DNA of 63,998 nt, the filler included, from an uncultured bacterium (GTDB lineage: Bacteria > DAOPZR01): the NCBI GenBank assembly GCA_964637655.1. It is 8 parts of 8 records of this genome, joined end to end, with 100 filler letters (N's around TTAATTAATTAA, not from the genome) between each part and the next. Parts side by side here need not be neighbours in the genome. Positions count along the whole stretch, not along the records: positions 43,229 to 51,647 come from CAZWUZ010000177.1; positions 51,748 to 60,135 come from CAZWUZ010000178.1; 6 more parts are not named here. One strand, 5' to 3'. A program made the position numbers and the translations under genes. Below the pieces are notes generated by a model, which made no database searches, was not told where the DNA came from, and saw only the letters and a list, made by a program, of their open reading frames with translations. This document shows, piece by piece, positions 48,900-57,200 of this stretch (its first letter is position 1; each line of letters starts with the position of its first letter).

Positions 48900-49270
48900 G
48901 ACGGGCAGCGGTCGCGATGCTGGCGCTCGTGCTGTTCGGCACGGGGTGTGTGGCGGCATTGCGGGTGCTGGCCCCCGATGCGCGACGCGCCGAGGTGCGC
49001 GCGGGCGAGCGCTTCCGCGTGACGCTTATTTCGCCCGGCATCGACTATGCCTGGCGCTACCTGCCGGAGAACGCAACTGCCGTGACGCTGCGCGCGTCGG
49101 GCTATGAACCGTACGGGCCGGCTGATGCCCCACACGGGGTCTGGGAATTTGAATTTACCGCGTCGCAGCCGGGCGACCTCCGGCTGCATTTCGCCTGCCG
49201 CACGACAGCGGAGGGGAGCACTGCTCCCCCGCTGTCGCATCACTACCTCTACCTGACCGTGCTCCCGTGA
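48896..49270 (+). CDS. Exported protease inhibitor I42 (chagasin)-like protein
   Basis: Signal peptide, VRAGERFRVTL..G.DYAW..WEFEFTASQPG. Confidence 0.5.
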
Positions 49271-50211
49271 AAACGAACGCGCTCGGACGTACCGGGATTG
49301 TCGTCACGGAACTCTGTGCCGGGACGCTCCCGCTCGGGCCGCTGCAGAAGAACTGCACGGTGGACGAGGGAGCAGCACTCATCGCCGCGCAGCTGCGTGG
49401 CGGGGTGAACTTCATCGATACCGCGCAACTCTACCTCACCTATCCGCATATCCGCCGGGCGCTGGAACTGACCGGCAGCCGTCCGGTCATTGCCACCAAG
49501 TCGGGAAAAGCGGAGTATGCGGGCATGGCGGCGGCGGTGGCGGAAGCGCGTGACGCGCTCGGCGTGGCTTGCCTCGATATCGTGCACCTGCATGCGGCGC
49601 GCATGGGACCCGACCTGTGCGAGGTGCGGGCCGGGGCGCTGCAGTGCCTGAAGGAATGCCGGAAGCGCGGTGAGGTGCGCGCCATCGGGGTAAGCACGCA
49701 CGACGTGCGCACCGTGCGCATGGCGGCGGAGCATCCCGACATCGACGTGGTCTTCCCGCTCTACAATGCCGCGGGGCTGGGCATGCTCAATGGCGATGCC
49801 GCAGCGATGCGCGACGCCATCGCGCTGGCGCTGGCCAACGGGAAGGGTGTCTACCTGATGAAGGTGGTCGGGGGCGGGCAGCTGCTCGGGCGCTACCGCG
49901 AGGTGGTCGAGGATGCGCGCGCGCTGGGGACGGCGTCGCTCGCGCTCGGGGCAGTGACCGAAGCGGAAGCGCTGTTCAACGTTGCGTATTTTGCCGGCAC
50001 GCTCCCGGCTGATGCGGTTTTCCCCAAAGCCAGCGACAAGACCTATCAGGCCATCGGTTTCCTCTGCAACAATTGCGGCACCTGCCGCACGACGTGCGGG
50101 TCCGCCGCTATCAGCGAACGCGACGGCAAGGCCTGTATCGACGCGGCGAAATGTGTGCGCTGCGGTTACTGCGTTCCCGCCTGCCCGCAATTCGCCATCC
50201 GCGTGACCTAG
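49267..50211 (+). CDS. Aldo/keto reductase with C-terminal 2x[4Fe-4S] ferredoxin domain
   Basis: LGRTGIVVTELCAG, GVNFIDTAQLY, IGVSTH, CNNCGTCRTTC and CVRCGYCVPACP. Confidence 0.92.
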   Translation: MKTNALGRTGIVVTELCAGTLPLGPLQKNCTVDEGAALIAAQLRGGVNFIDTAQLYLTYPHIRRALELTGSRPVIATKSGKAEYAGMAAAVAEARDALGVACLDIVHLHAARMGPDLCEVRAGALQCLKECRKRGEVRAIGVSTHDVRTVRMAAEHPDIDVVFPLYNAAGLGMLNGDAAAMRDAIALALANGKGVYLMKVVGGGQLLGRYREVVEDARALGTASLALGAVTEAEALFNVAYFAGTLPADAVFPKASDKTYQAIGFLCNNCGTCRTTCGSAAISERDGKACIDAAKCVRCGYCVPACPQFAIRVT

Positions 50212-50297
50212 CGGAAAAAAAGAAAGAAAGAAAGGTGCCACTCTTTCACATTTTCACATTTACGAGTAGCACATCTCATTGATATACAAACAGATAA

Positions 50298-51467
50298 CTA
50301 TAGTTTACGAAATATTTTCTGCGCCTTTTCATGTCCGGGACAGCGCTGCAGCAGTTCGGCAAGTGATTGTTTTGCCGCGGCGTGGTTGTTGAGCTGCAGG
50401 TAGCGCAGGGCGAGCGCATAGCGGTCGTCGGGATGGTCCTGCAGGGCAATCAGGCGGCGTAGCAGGTAGACGGTCTTTTCCGGGCGCTGCGCGGCGTCGT
50501 AGACGGCAACGCCGTGGCGCAGCGCGTCGGGATGGTCGCCGAGCAGCGGCAGCGCGCGTGCGAATGCCTCCGCAGCGGCGGACGTGTCACCCTGCAGCAG
50601 CAGGCACTTGCTGAGGTTCAGGTGCAGTTCGCCGCGGTCGCGCTCGCGCAGCGTGCTGTCGGGGAGTGCCGACTCGGCACGGCGCAGCCAGTGCAGCGCC
50701 TGCGGGATGTCGTGCAGGCGCGCGGCATGCAGGATGCCGAGGTTGAGCGCGACGGCGGCGGCGCGGGCGGGCGGCGCGGTGGCGAAAGAGGCGCGCAGCG
50801 CGGCACCTTCCTCCGCGTAGCGCCCCTGCTTTTCCATTTCCCCGGCGAGCACGTAGAGCAGGTGATTGTTGCCGGGATCGCGGTCGAGCATGCCGCGCAG
50901 CAGTTTTTCGTAACTGCGGCTTTTGGCGGCGTAGCCCTCGCCGCGCAGGAAGCCGTAATGCTGCAGGGTATACGGGGCGCGGGCAAGCGTGCCGCCGGCG
51001 GCGATAAGCGACGGCTCGACCGACTCGTGCACCTGGCGCTGAAAGCGGAGGTCGTCGCGGCGGCGGAAGAGACGGATAACCTCATCGTCCCAGGTGGTGA
51101 AATGTTCGCCCTGCTCGGCATGGTTGACCCGCGGGAAGACGGCACCGAGCACCGCGGCCGGCAGCCCGCGCACCCAGGCGCGGAAAGCGGCGGGATCGTC
51201 GACACTGAACATCTCGTCGGCATCGATGACCAGGCACCAGTCGCCCGTCGCGTGGCGCAGCGACTCGTTGCGCGCGGCGCTGAAATCGTTGACCCAGGTG
51301 AAGGGGACGACGCGGGCGCCCGCGTCGCGGGCGATGGCGGCGGTATCGTCAGTGGAGCCGGTATCGACCACGACGCAGTCGTCGGCCAGCGGCAGCGCCT
51401 GCTGCAGGCAGCGCGCGAGGCAGTGCGCCTCGTTTTTCACGATCAGGCAGAGCGTGATCAAGGCCAT
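50298..51467 (-). CDS. GT2 glycosyltransferase with TPR repeats
   Basis: LCLIVKNEA, VDTGSTD, DFSAARN, IDADE, VHE, HYG, C-terminal TPRs. Confidence 0.92.
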   Translation of the reverse strand: MALITLCLIVKNEAHCLARCLQQALPLADDCVVVDTGSTDDTAAIARDAGARVVPFTWVNDFSAARNESLRHATGDWCLVIDADEMFSVDDPAAFRAWVRGLPAAVLGAVFPRVNHAEQGEHFTTWDDEVIRLFRRRDDLRFQRQVHESVEPSLIAAGGTLARAPYTLQHYGFLRGEGYAAKSRSYEKLLRGMLDRDPGNNHLLYVLAGEMEKQGRYAEEGAALRASFATAPPARAAAVALNLGILHAARLHDIPQALHWLRRAESALPDSTLRERDRGELHLNLSKCLLLQGDTSAAAEAFARALPLLGDHPDALRHGVAVYDAAQRPEKTVYLLRRLIALQDHPDDRYALALRYLQLNNHAAAKQSLAELLQRCPGHEKAQKIFRKL

Positions 51468-51473
51468 GCGGGC

Positions 51474-51502
51474 ATTGTACCTGTCGACCGGCAACGGGTC
51501 AA
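51474..51502 (-). promoter_or_regulatory. Sigma70 promoter, probably giving a leaderless GT2 mRNA
   Basis: TTGACC-17-TACAAT, 6 nt before ATG 51467, no SD. Confidence 0.65.
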
Positions 51503-51574
51503 AAGTCAGGAGGGGTGTCGGATGGTGCGGTGGATTGCCGCGCGCGCTGGGGGACAGAGGGCTGCGGAAAATAG

Positions 51575-51600
51575 CGCAGGCTGAAGCCTGCGGCTACCAC
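51575..51600 (-). repeat. GTAG-type REP-like palindrome
   Basis: Exact reverse complement of 60288-60313 (gtggtagccgcaggcttcagcctgcg). Confidence 0.8.
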
Positions 51601-51747
51601 ACCACACCAGACAAGGCGCGCCCCGGATTAGTAACAAAAACAGGGACNNNNNNNNNNNNNNNNNNNNNNNNNNNNNNNNNNNNNNNNNNNNTTAATTAAT
51701 TAANNNNNNNNNNNNNNNNNNNNNNNNNNNNNNNNNNNNNNNNNNNN

Positions 51748-51983
51748 AGCGCGCCGCAGCGCTGCGGATGGCTCACAACGAACCGCAGGAACGGCAGGAT
51801 GACGCCTGCGGTTTTGCCTTTGCCCTTGCCACCCGATACCAAAGTGTTGAGATACAGGTCTTCCCCGACCAACGAGTACACCCGCCCGCCGCCCGCACCG
51901 CGCCCCACGGGAAACTCCATCGCAACATCAGGATGTCGGTCTCGGCCATAAGACATCGGGACGCGGCCGTCGCGCAGTGTCAT
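51748..51983 (-). CDS. VirD4/TraG-like coupling-protein ATPase, N-terminus, 3' partial
   Basis: EDLYLNTLVSGGKGKGKTAGVILPFL Walker A in a T4CP-like context, ATGA overlap with the sigma gene. Confidence 0.6.
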
Positions 51984-52795
51984 CGTGCCACCCCCTCACG
52001 AACGCGTGCCTGCCGCTCACGCCGCGCGTACAACTCGATAAAGCACTCCGGGCGTTCTGCCACGCCAACGAGGCCGACCTGACCCAGGCGCCGGCTGAGT
52101 TCCGCGCGCACCTGCGCCGCGGCTGCACGCGAGTGACTCCACACGCGTGAGTAGTGCAAGCCGACACGCTTCGCGGCGGCGCGTGAAGTGCGCCCATTGA
52201 TATACAGCTCGACAAAGCTCTTCTGCTGTCGCGCCGGCAGCTTGCTGACCGCCTCACGCAGTACATCGACGACAAGCGCCAGTTCGGCATCATCATGGGG
52301 ATCGTGTGCGTCCGGATTAGCGATTACAGACTCGATTGGCGACGCGGCCGGCGCCTCATCATCGCCCACGCCGAGTTCGCAGTCGAGAGATTCCCGGCTT
52401 GCTTTCAACCGCTCTCGGCGCAGCCAGTGCAGCAGGTAGCCGTTGCACAACGAGCCCACGTAAGTAGACACACTTGCGCCGTGCCGGCAGTCGTAACCAC
52501 CAGCAAGTAGCCGCTCCGCCGCGCGCGTCGCCACCTCGCGAGTCGCCTCGCGGATTCGTTCCGTGCGTTCACCGTGTTTGTCGCCCCCGTGGTAGATGCG
52601 CGCGCGAACCACCCACTCTGCGATCTGTTCGATTCGCTTCATCAATTCGGCCCCGGCGCGGACATCGCCGAGGTGCACCCATCTCACTTCAAGAGATTCG
52701 CTGTTGAACGATGGATAATCCGGGCAGGTATAGAGGTCGTCGGAGCCTGCAAGGGCGAATTCGGCATCCTCGAGCGATCCGGATCGATGACCCAT
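51980..52795 (-). CDS. Divergent sigma70-family alternative sigma factor (regions 2 and 4)
   Basis: YDCRHGASVSTYVGSLCNGYLLHWLRRE and LREAVSKLPARQQKSFVELYINGRTSRAAAKRVGLHYSRV, with AGGAGG RBS. Confidence 0.8.
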   Translation of the reverse strand: MGHRSGSLEDAEFALAGSDDLYTCPDYPSFNSESLEVRWVHLGDVRAGAELMKRIEQIAEWVVRARIYHGGDKHGERTERIREATREVATRAAERLLAGGYDCRHGASVSTYVGSLCNGYLLHWLRRERLKASRESLDCELGVGDDEAPAASPIESVIANPDAHDPHDDAELALVVDVLREAVSKLPARQQKSFVELYINGRTSRAAAKRVGLHYSRVWSHSRAAAAQVRAELSRRLGQVGLVGVAERPECFIELYARRERQARVREGVAR

Positions 52796-52949
52796 ATGAC
52801 CCTCCTTATGCGTGCGACTACACGCATAGCAGCTACATGATACGTATTAGTAAGTCGCTGCTGGTTGGGATCCTATCAGGTTTCGCCCATGATTCCGGAT
52901 ACCACCGACGGGGGTCGTCGCCGCCTGCGTAATTGGATTATACCACGGT

Positions 52950-53561
52950 TTATCGAGTTTGTCGCGGGGAATTTATGTGATTTTCGATACAGTCAGTCGA
53001 TTTCAGCGCTACCTCGATTTGGTCACCGTCGATGGTCACTGATGCATACTGCCCGCGTTCTCCCCAACCAGGGTTGATGCTGTGACATCCATCTATTACG
53101 AGATGCTCTAGACGATGGTTATGGCCGAACAGCACTGCACGGATCCCGCGCGCTGCCAGCAGACGTATTGCATCAGATTCAAGGGGTTTCGAGAGAGGCG
53201 CGGCGGCGATATAGCGCTTATCTACCATCAGGTAGTGCGATATACGGAACTGCACTTGCTCGATAGTGATAATCTGTTCGGGCTGAGCACACAGCCGTGC
53301 AAGCCATCCCATATTCTCTTCCGAGACAATATTAGGACCCATTTTCCGGTGATGACGTCGCGCCTGTTGCAGCACGATCCACTCGTGGTTGCCGGGCACG
53401 ACGACGTCGAACTGGCGGGCGGCGGCGATCGACTGTGCATAGAGTTCTCGCGACTGGACAAACGCATCAAGGAAATCGCCGACATGGATCGACAGATCGT
53501 AGCCTGCGGATGGCAGGACCGCGATACCGTGGGTATCCGAAGTCAGAAATAACTTCTTCAT
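52950..53561 (-). CDS. Calcineurin-like metallophosphoesterase
   Basis: SDTHG, HVGD, GNHE, SH, FGHNH, INPG. Confidence 0.9.
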   Translation of the reverse strand: MKKLFLTSDTHGIAVLPSAGYDLSIHVGDFLDAFVQSRELYAQSIAAARQFDVVVPGNHEWIVLQQARRHHRKMGPNIVSEENMGWLARLCAQPEQIITIEQVQFRISHYLMVDKRYIAAAPLSKPLESDAIRLLAARGIRAVLFGHNHRLEHLVIDGCHSINPGWGERGQYASVTIDGDQIEVALKSTDCIENHINSPRQTR

Positions 53562-53629
53562 GCCGGTCTCCTTTTCCGTACTATACCGTGCCGCGCCTTG
53601 CCTGTTGCATTCGGCTTCCTTGCATCCCC

Positions 53630-54274
53630 CTACAGCAACCCCTCGCCCGTTGTCTCCCCCGGCTCTGCCGCCCCGGCCCAGGCGCCGTCTTCCTCGCTCG
53701 GAACCGCGCGCCGGGCGCACAGGCAGTCATACTGAGCCCGGACCTCGCTGGCATAGCCCTCAGGCAAGGTGTCCGTCCCCACGCCGTTTATCAGGTGCTT
53801 GAGAAGCAGGCGCAGCGAGATGCTAACGCTCTTGTTGTCGCTCACCCTAAGGGTCTGCATATCCTCAGCAAGGGCAAGCAGGTCCTGTGCCAATCGGAAT
53901 CCCGGATCGGCGTCACGCCGCGCCACAACCTCGTCCCGGGTCATCCCTCGGGTGATCTCACGCAGCTGCTCCCGCGCGACGTCAAGCTGCTTGTCATGGA
54001 TCGCCGCCTGATGCCTAACCCGCCAGAGGTTGCGCTCGGCACGATCCCGCTGCCGGAACAACAGTTCGCGGGCCCGGACGCCCTGCCGATGATACCTTAC
54101 GTGCCGGCGGCGCTCGGCACCAAGCGAGATGCCAAGGATCGCGTCGACAAATGATGACAGATCGGGGCAAGTTTGGCGTCCGTGCGCGGCGTAGTCTTCC
54201 TGTAGTGCGGCTAGTGTCGCGGAGCGCAGGCTGAACTGCCGCTTGATGATGTCGTTCTTCTTTCTCCGTCCCAT
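53630..54274 (-). CDS. Hypothetical protein with putative N-terminal ribbon-helix-helix and coiled coil
   Basis: KRQFSL-SATLAALQEDY-LSSFVDAILG strand-helix-helix pattern, GGGGGA RBS. Confidence 0.55.
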   Translation of the reverse strand: MGRRKKNDIIKRQFSLRSATLAALQEDYAAHGRQTCPDLSSFVDAILGISLGAERRRHVRYHRQGVRARELLFRQRDRAERNLWRVRHQAAIHDKQLDVAREQLREITRGMTRDEVVARRDADPGFRLAQDLLALAEDMQTLRVSDNKSVSISLRLLLKHLINGVGTDTLPEGYASEVRAQYDCLCARRAVPSEEDGAWAGAAEPGETTGEGLL

Positions 54275-54558
54275 ATGTTCCCCCTTCAGCACGCCAAAAT
54301 GACCCGCTGCAGGTATATTCATTAACTGGATAATATATGCATACCGTCACGCCAATATTCGGTGCGAATCACGTCATCCGCGCGCCCCGACCATCACGCC
54401 ACTGACCCTGCCAGTCGCCCGCGCGACCGATCCCCACCACGTCCGATCCGCCAGTTCCCCCGCGCCGCCCCCACGCGCGGCGACCGCCGGGTGGGTGGCA
54501 GGCGGGCGGGTGGTGATCCTTGCTGGCCCCCGGCGGTCGGCCCTGTTGCGGGGCTCCA

Positions 54559-54764
54559 GCGGTCCTAGTTCCTTTCCCTCTCCGTTCAGAGGCCATTTGG
54601 GGGGGTGCGAAAGGTCCTCGTTCCGTTCACCCCGCCCTCGGGTTCCCCGCCTTCCGGCCACCGGGAGCGGTCCCAGTTCCACATCCCGCGTCTTCCGGCG
54701 CCCGATTGCGGTCCTCGTTCCGCTGCCTAGCTTGGTTAGCGAGGGCAATCGGAACAGGGACCGC
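54559..54764. repeat. Cluster of five 14-bp motifs GCGGTCCYNGTTCC (4 direct, 1 inverted)
   Basis: 54559 gcggtcctagttcc, 54611 aaggtcctcgttcc, 54667 gcggtcccagttcc, 54708 gcggtcctcgttcc, 54751 ggaacagggaccgc (reverse complement). Confidence 0.85.
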
Positions 54765-54776
54765 TTAGCTCACGTG

Positions 54777-55100
54777 TCAAACGGGAGGGGCCAACCGGAC
54801 CGGCACCATTCCTGGGAGGGTGAGCTGGCGCGGATTGTTATAGCGTTCGAACTCCTGCTGTGCTCGTTTCCTCCGACGTCGTTCCCTTTGGCGTTCTGCT
54901 GCACGTTCCCGTTTGAGTCGGAGCTTTTCGTTGACACACAGCATGTGCTCGTATAACTCATCGGCCCGACACCTCCCGGGCGACGGTCCTAGGAGTGCGC
55001 ACCGCGCGTCGGCCTCGGTGATGGGTGTGTCAGTAAGGATCATCGCGTCCCTATAAACCGGACAGATGCCATCGTGCGACGAGCAATAAAGCGTAGGCAT
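54777..55100 (-). CDS. Small hypothetical Cys-containing protein with basic helix
   Basis: 107-aa ORF with GGGGGA RBS, co-oriented in the Rep operon. Confidence 0.6.
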   Translation of the reverse strand: MPTLYCSSHDGICPVYRDAMILTDTPITEADARCALLGPSPGRCRADELYEHMLCVNEKLRLKRERAAERQRERRRRKRAQQEFERYNNPRQLTLPGMVPVRLAPPV

Positions 55101-55114
55101 GCTAGATTCCCCCC

Positions 55115-55321
55115 TTAGCTCCCGGCCCGCTCATCCGCCTCGCGGACCGCACGAACACCGTAGCACTTGTAGCAGCCACAGCGATAGACTATCCAGTCCG
55201 CGTCTTTCTTGTCGCAGCGTTCCATGATCCCACGCTTGATTCCCTCATTGGCGGAGTGGACGCCAATCTCATCCAGTTCCAACAGCTCCTCGTCAGTCAT
55301 CTGCTTCAGCGTCTTCTTCAT
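55115..55321 (-). CDS. Small hypothetical protein with CxCxxC
   Basis: AGGAGG RBS, MKKTLKQMTDEELL...RCGCYKC. Confidence 0.6.
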   Translation of the reverse strand: MKKTLKQMTDEELLELDEIGVHSANEGIKRGIMERCDKKDADWIVYRCGCYKCYGVRAVREADERAGS

Positions 55322-55399
55322 GTCCTTCCTCCTTCGCGCTTTTGCGCGCTTTGTCGACTGATGCAGTCGCATCAGTTCTTCTTGATTTCTTTACTCAAT

Positions 55400-56674
55400 C
55401 TACCGCGTCGCGATTCCTACGTACTTCAAACCGACAGGAATCTCCGATACCACCTGCCAGTTTCCGTCGACCTGCTGCTTGATTACGATCTTGCGCGACC
55501 TCCGGTCGCGGGCGACACTGTAATCCCCGGTTACCGTACAGCGGGTCAGCTCAACGGCGATCGCCGCGCGAAGCCGGGCGGGGTAGGCTTCGTGCCTGAA
55601 GTTCGATCCGCCACTGCGACGGATTTTCGAGTTCCGCGGCCGGTGCTTCGCGGCGCGGCGAAGGTCCTTGAGCATATATGTCCTGCGGGTAATGCCTGGC
55701 TCGACGCGCTCGCCGGACGTCGTATAGCCCACGCCGACTCCCTTGACGACGATGTCGCCGAGCGGCCAGAGCTGGTTGAGACGGGCTTCTGTAAGGACGG
55801 TCCCGTCGATGTCGAGTTTGTATGACTTTTTGCCTTCGGGTTTGGAGTGATTGGGCAGACTGCCGATTGGCGCGGCGATCAATATGTGGTAGTGGCGGGC
55901 GCAGACAAGCGCGGTGGTGGCCTCCGCGGGGGAGACTTTCCGCATCTTGACGAGCTTGTGCCAGGTGGATTTCCGGTGTTCCTGGATCGCGCGGACCCAG
56001 ACGTAGCACATCTTCACTCCCGCGCGGCGGAAAGCGCGGACCATGTTGCGGCAAAACGTGGTAAATGCCTTGTCGATGTCCTTGTCCTTCAACTTCGACG
56101 ACTTGATCGTGATGGTCATGAAACACTCGTGCAAATCGTGCTCATCGCGGGCGCGGGCCAACGCGTCAAGCTTGTTCTCGAGTCGGTATTCGGCTTTGAG
56201 GTGGGCGTCGAGTGGTATGAATATGTGGTTGCTAGTCTTCTCGTCCCGGAGTTGGAGGAAGAACAGTGCGTGAGGGTGCTTTTCGGCGATCTTCCGGGGC
56301 ACCCTGGCCATGGGAGTCCGTTTGGTCGGCTTATACCGGCTGGTGCGGGTCGTGGTCGCCTGGGTGAGGTCATCCGTGGGGGAGGGCGGGGGAGGGGTAT
56401 CGGGAGTTGTCCCGGGAGTGGGTGTCGGGGAGGAGGTCTCTGCCTGGCTCTCAGGGGTGAGTCCTGAAATATGAGAATTGGAGGACAGAGCGGGCGGAGA
56501 GGCGTCCTCAGCGGTGGCATAAATGCGGGTATGTTCATCAAATTGTCCCTGAGTGGTCCCCCCTGCAACCGAGTCAGGAATATGTGCTTCTCCCGGCCGA
56601 CACGCCGAGTCTTCATCGCGCGCATGGCTCTCGTTCGCTGCACCGTTTGTATTGTTGCTACGTTTATAGTTCAT
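55400..56674 (-). CDS. Rolling-circle HUH endonuclease (Rep or relaxase-like)
   Basis: Motif I FMTIT, YVWVRAIQ, motif II HYHILI, LWPLGDIVV, motif III YMLK. Long Pro/Thr-rich N-terminus and GGAAGGAG RBS. Confidence 0.8.
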   Translation of the reverse strand: MNYKRSNNTNGAANESHARDEDSACRPGEAHIPDSVAGGTTQGQFDEHTRIYATAEDASPPALSSNSHISGLTPESQAETSSPTPTPGTTPDTPPPPSPTDDLTQATTTRTSRYKPTKRTPMARVPRKIAEKHPHALFFLQLRDEKTSNHIFIPLDAHLKAEYRLENKLDALARARDEHDLHECFMTITIKSSKLKDKDIDKAFTTFCRNMVRAFRRAGVKMCYVWVRAIQEHRKSTWHKLVKMRKVSPAEATTALVCARHYHILIAAPIGSLPNHSKPEGKKSYKLDIDGTVLTEARLNQLWPLGDIVVKGVGVGYTTSGERVEPGITRRTYMLKDLRRAAKHRPRNSKIRRSGGSNFRHEAYPARLRAAIAVELTRCTVTGDYSVARDRRSRKIVIKQQVDGNWQVVSEIPVGLKYVGIATR

Positions 56675-57200
56675 TGCTTCGACTCCTTCCAAAAGACTGC
56701 CGCCCATATCACGGGCGGCAGTCAACTCCGATTTGCCGCTCCTACTTGCACTTGCAACCCCGTTTCAATCGGCGCGCCAATTTGCAGGCGCGATACTGTT
56801 GATTTTGCTGTTACAACGTGTTTCTTTCCTCATTCTCCACAGATAACAACTCGTAATGTTTCTGCTCGTTCAGCCAATCAGGTCCGAGCTGTTCCCCTGC
56901 AGCTATTCTCCATTTCAACTTGCAGCTTTGTGTTTCTGTACACGTTATACCCCTGAATCCATACTTGGTGTGAGTAATCAATTTTCAATATTTTCGTTTC
57001 TCAAGTTGTGCTTGTTAGAGCGCAATCAATGAAATTGAGGAATGTGGAGGAGAATTATGCCAGCATGTCATAGACAATTTTATCGCTTACAATACGCGAT
57101 CGACGTTGCTAGTTAGCCTCACAGGGGGGGCTCAACTCGGTAGAGTTATGCGGTGTGGGAACAGCTGCTTACACGAGACGAGCAAATGCCATACTTCCAG

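Noticed and set aside
54559-54764. Repeat cluster considered as a CRISPR array
   Set aside because: The repeats are only 14 bp, degenerate and irregularly spaced, one is inverted, and no cas genes are present.
57120-57195. gggggggctcaactcggtagag resembles a tRNA D-arm and so a possible att remnant
   Set aside because: No anticodon stem, T-arm (GTTCRA) or acceptor pairing follows.
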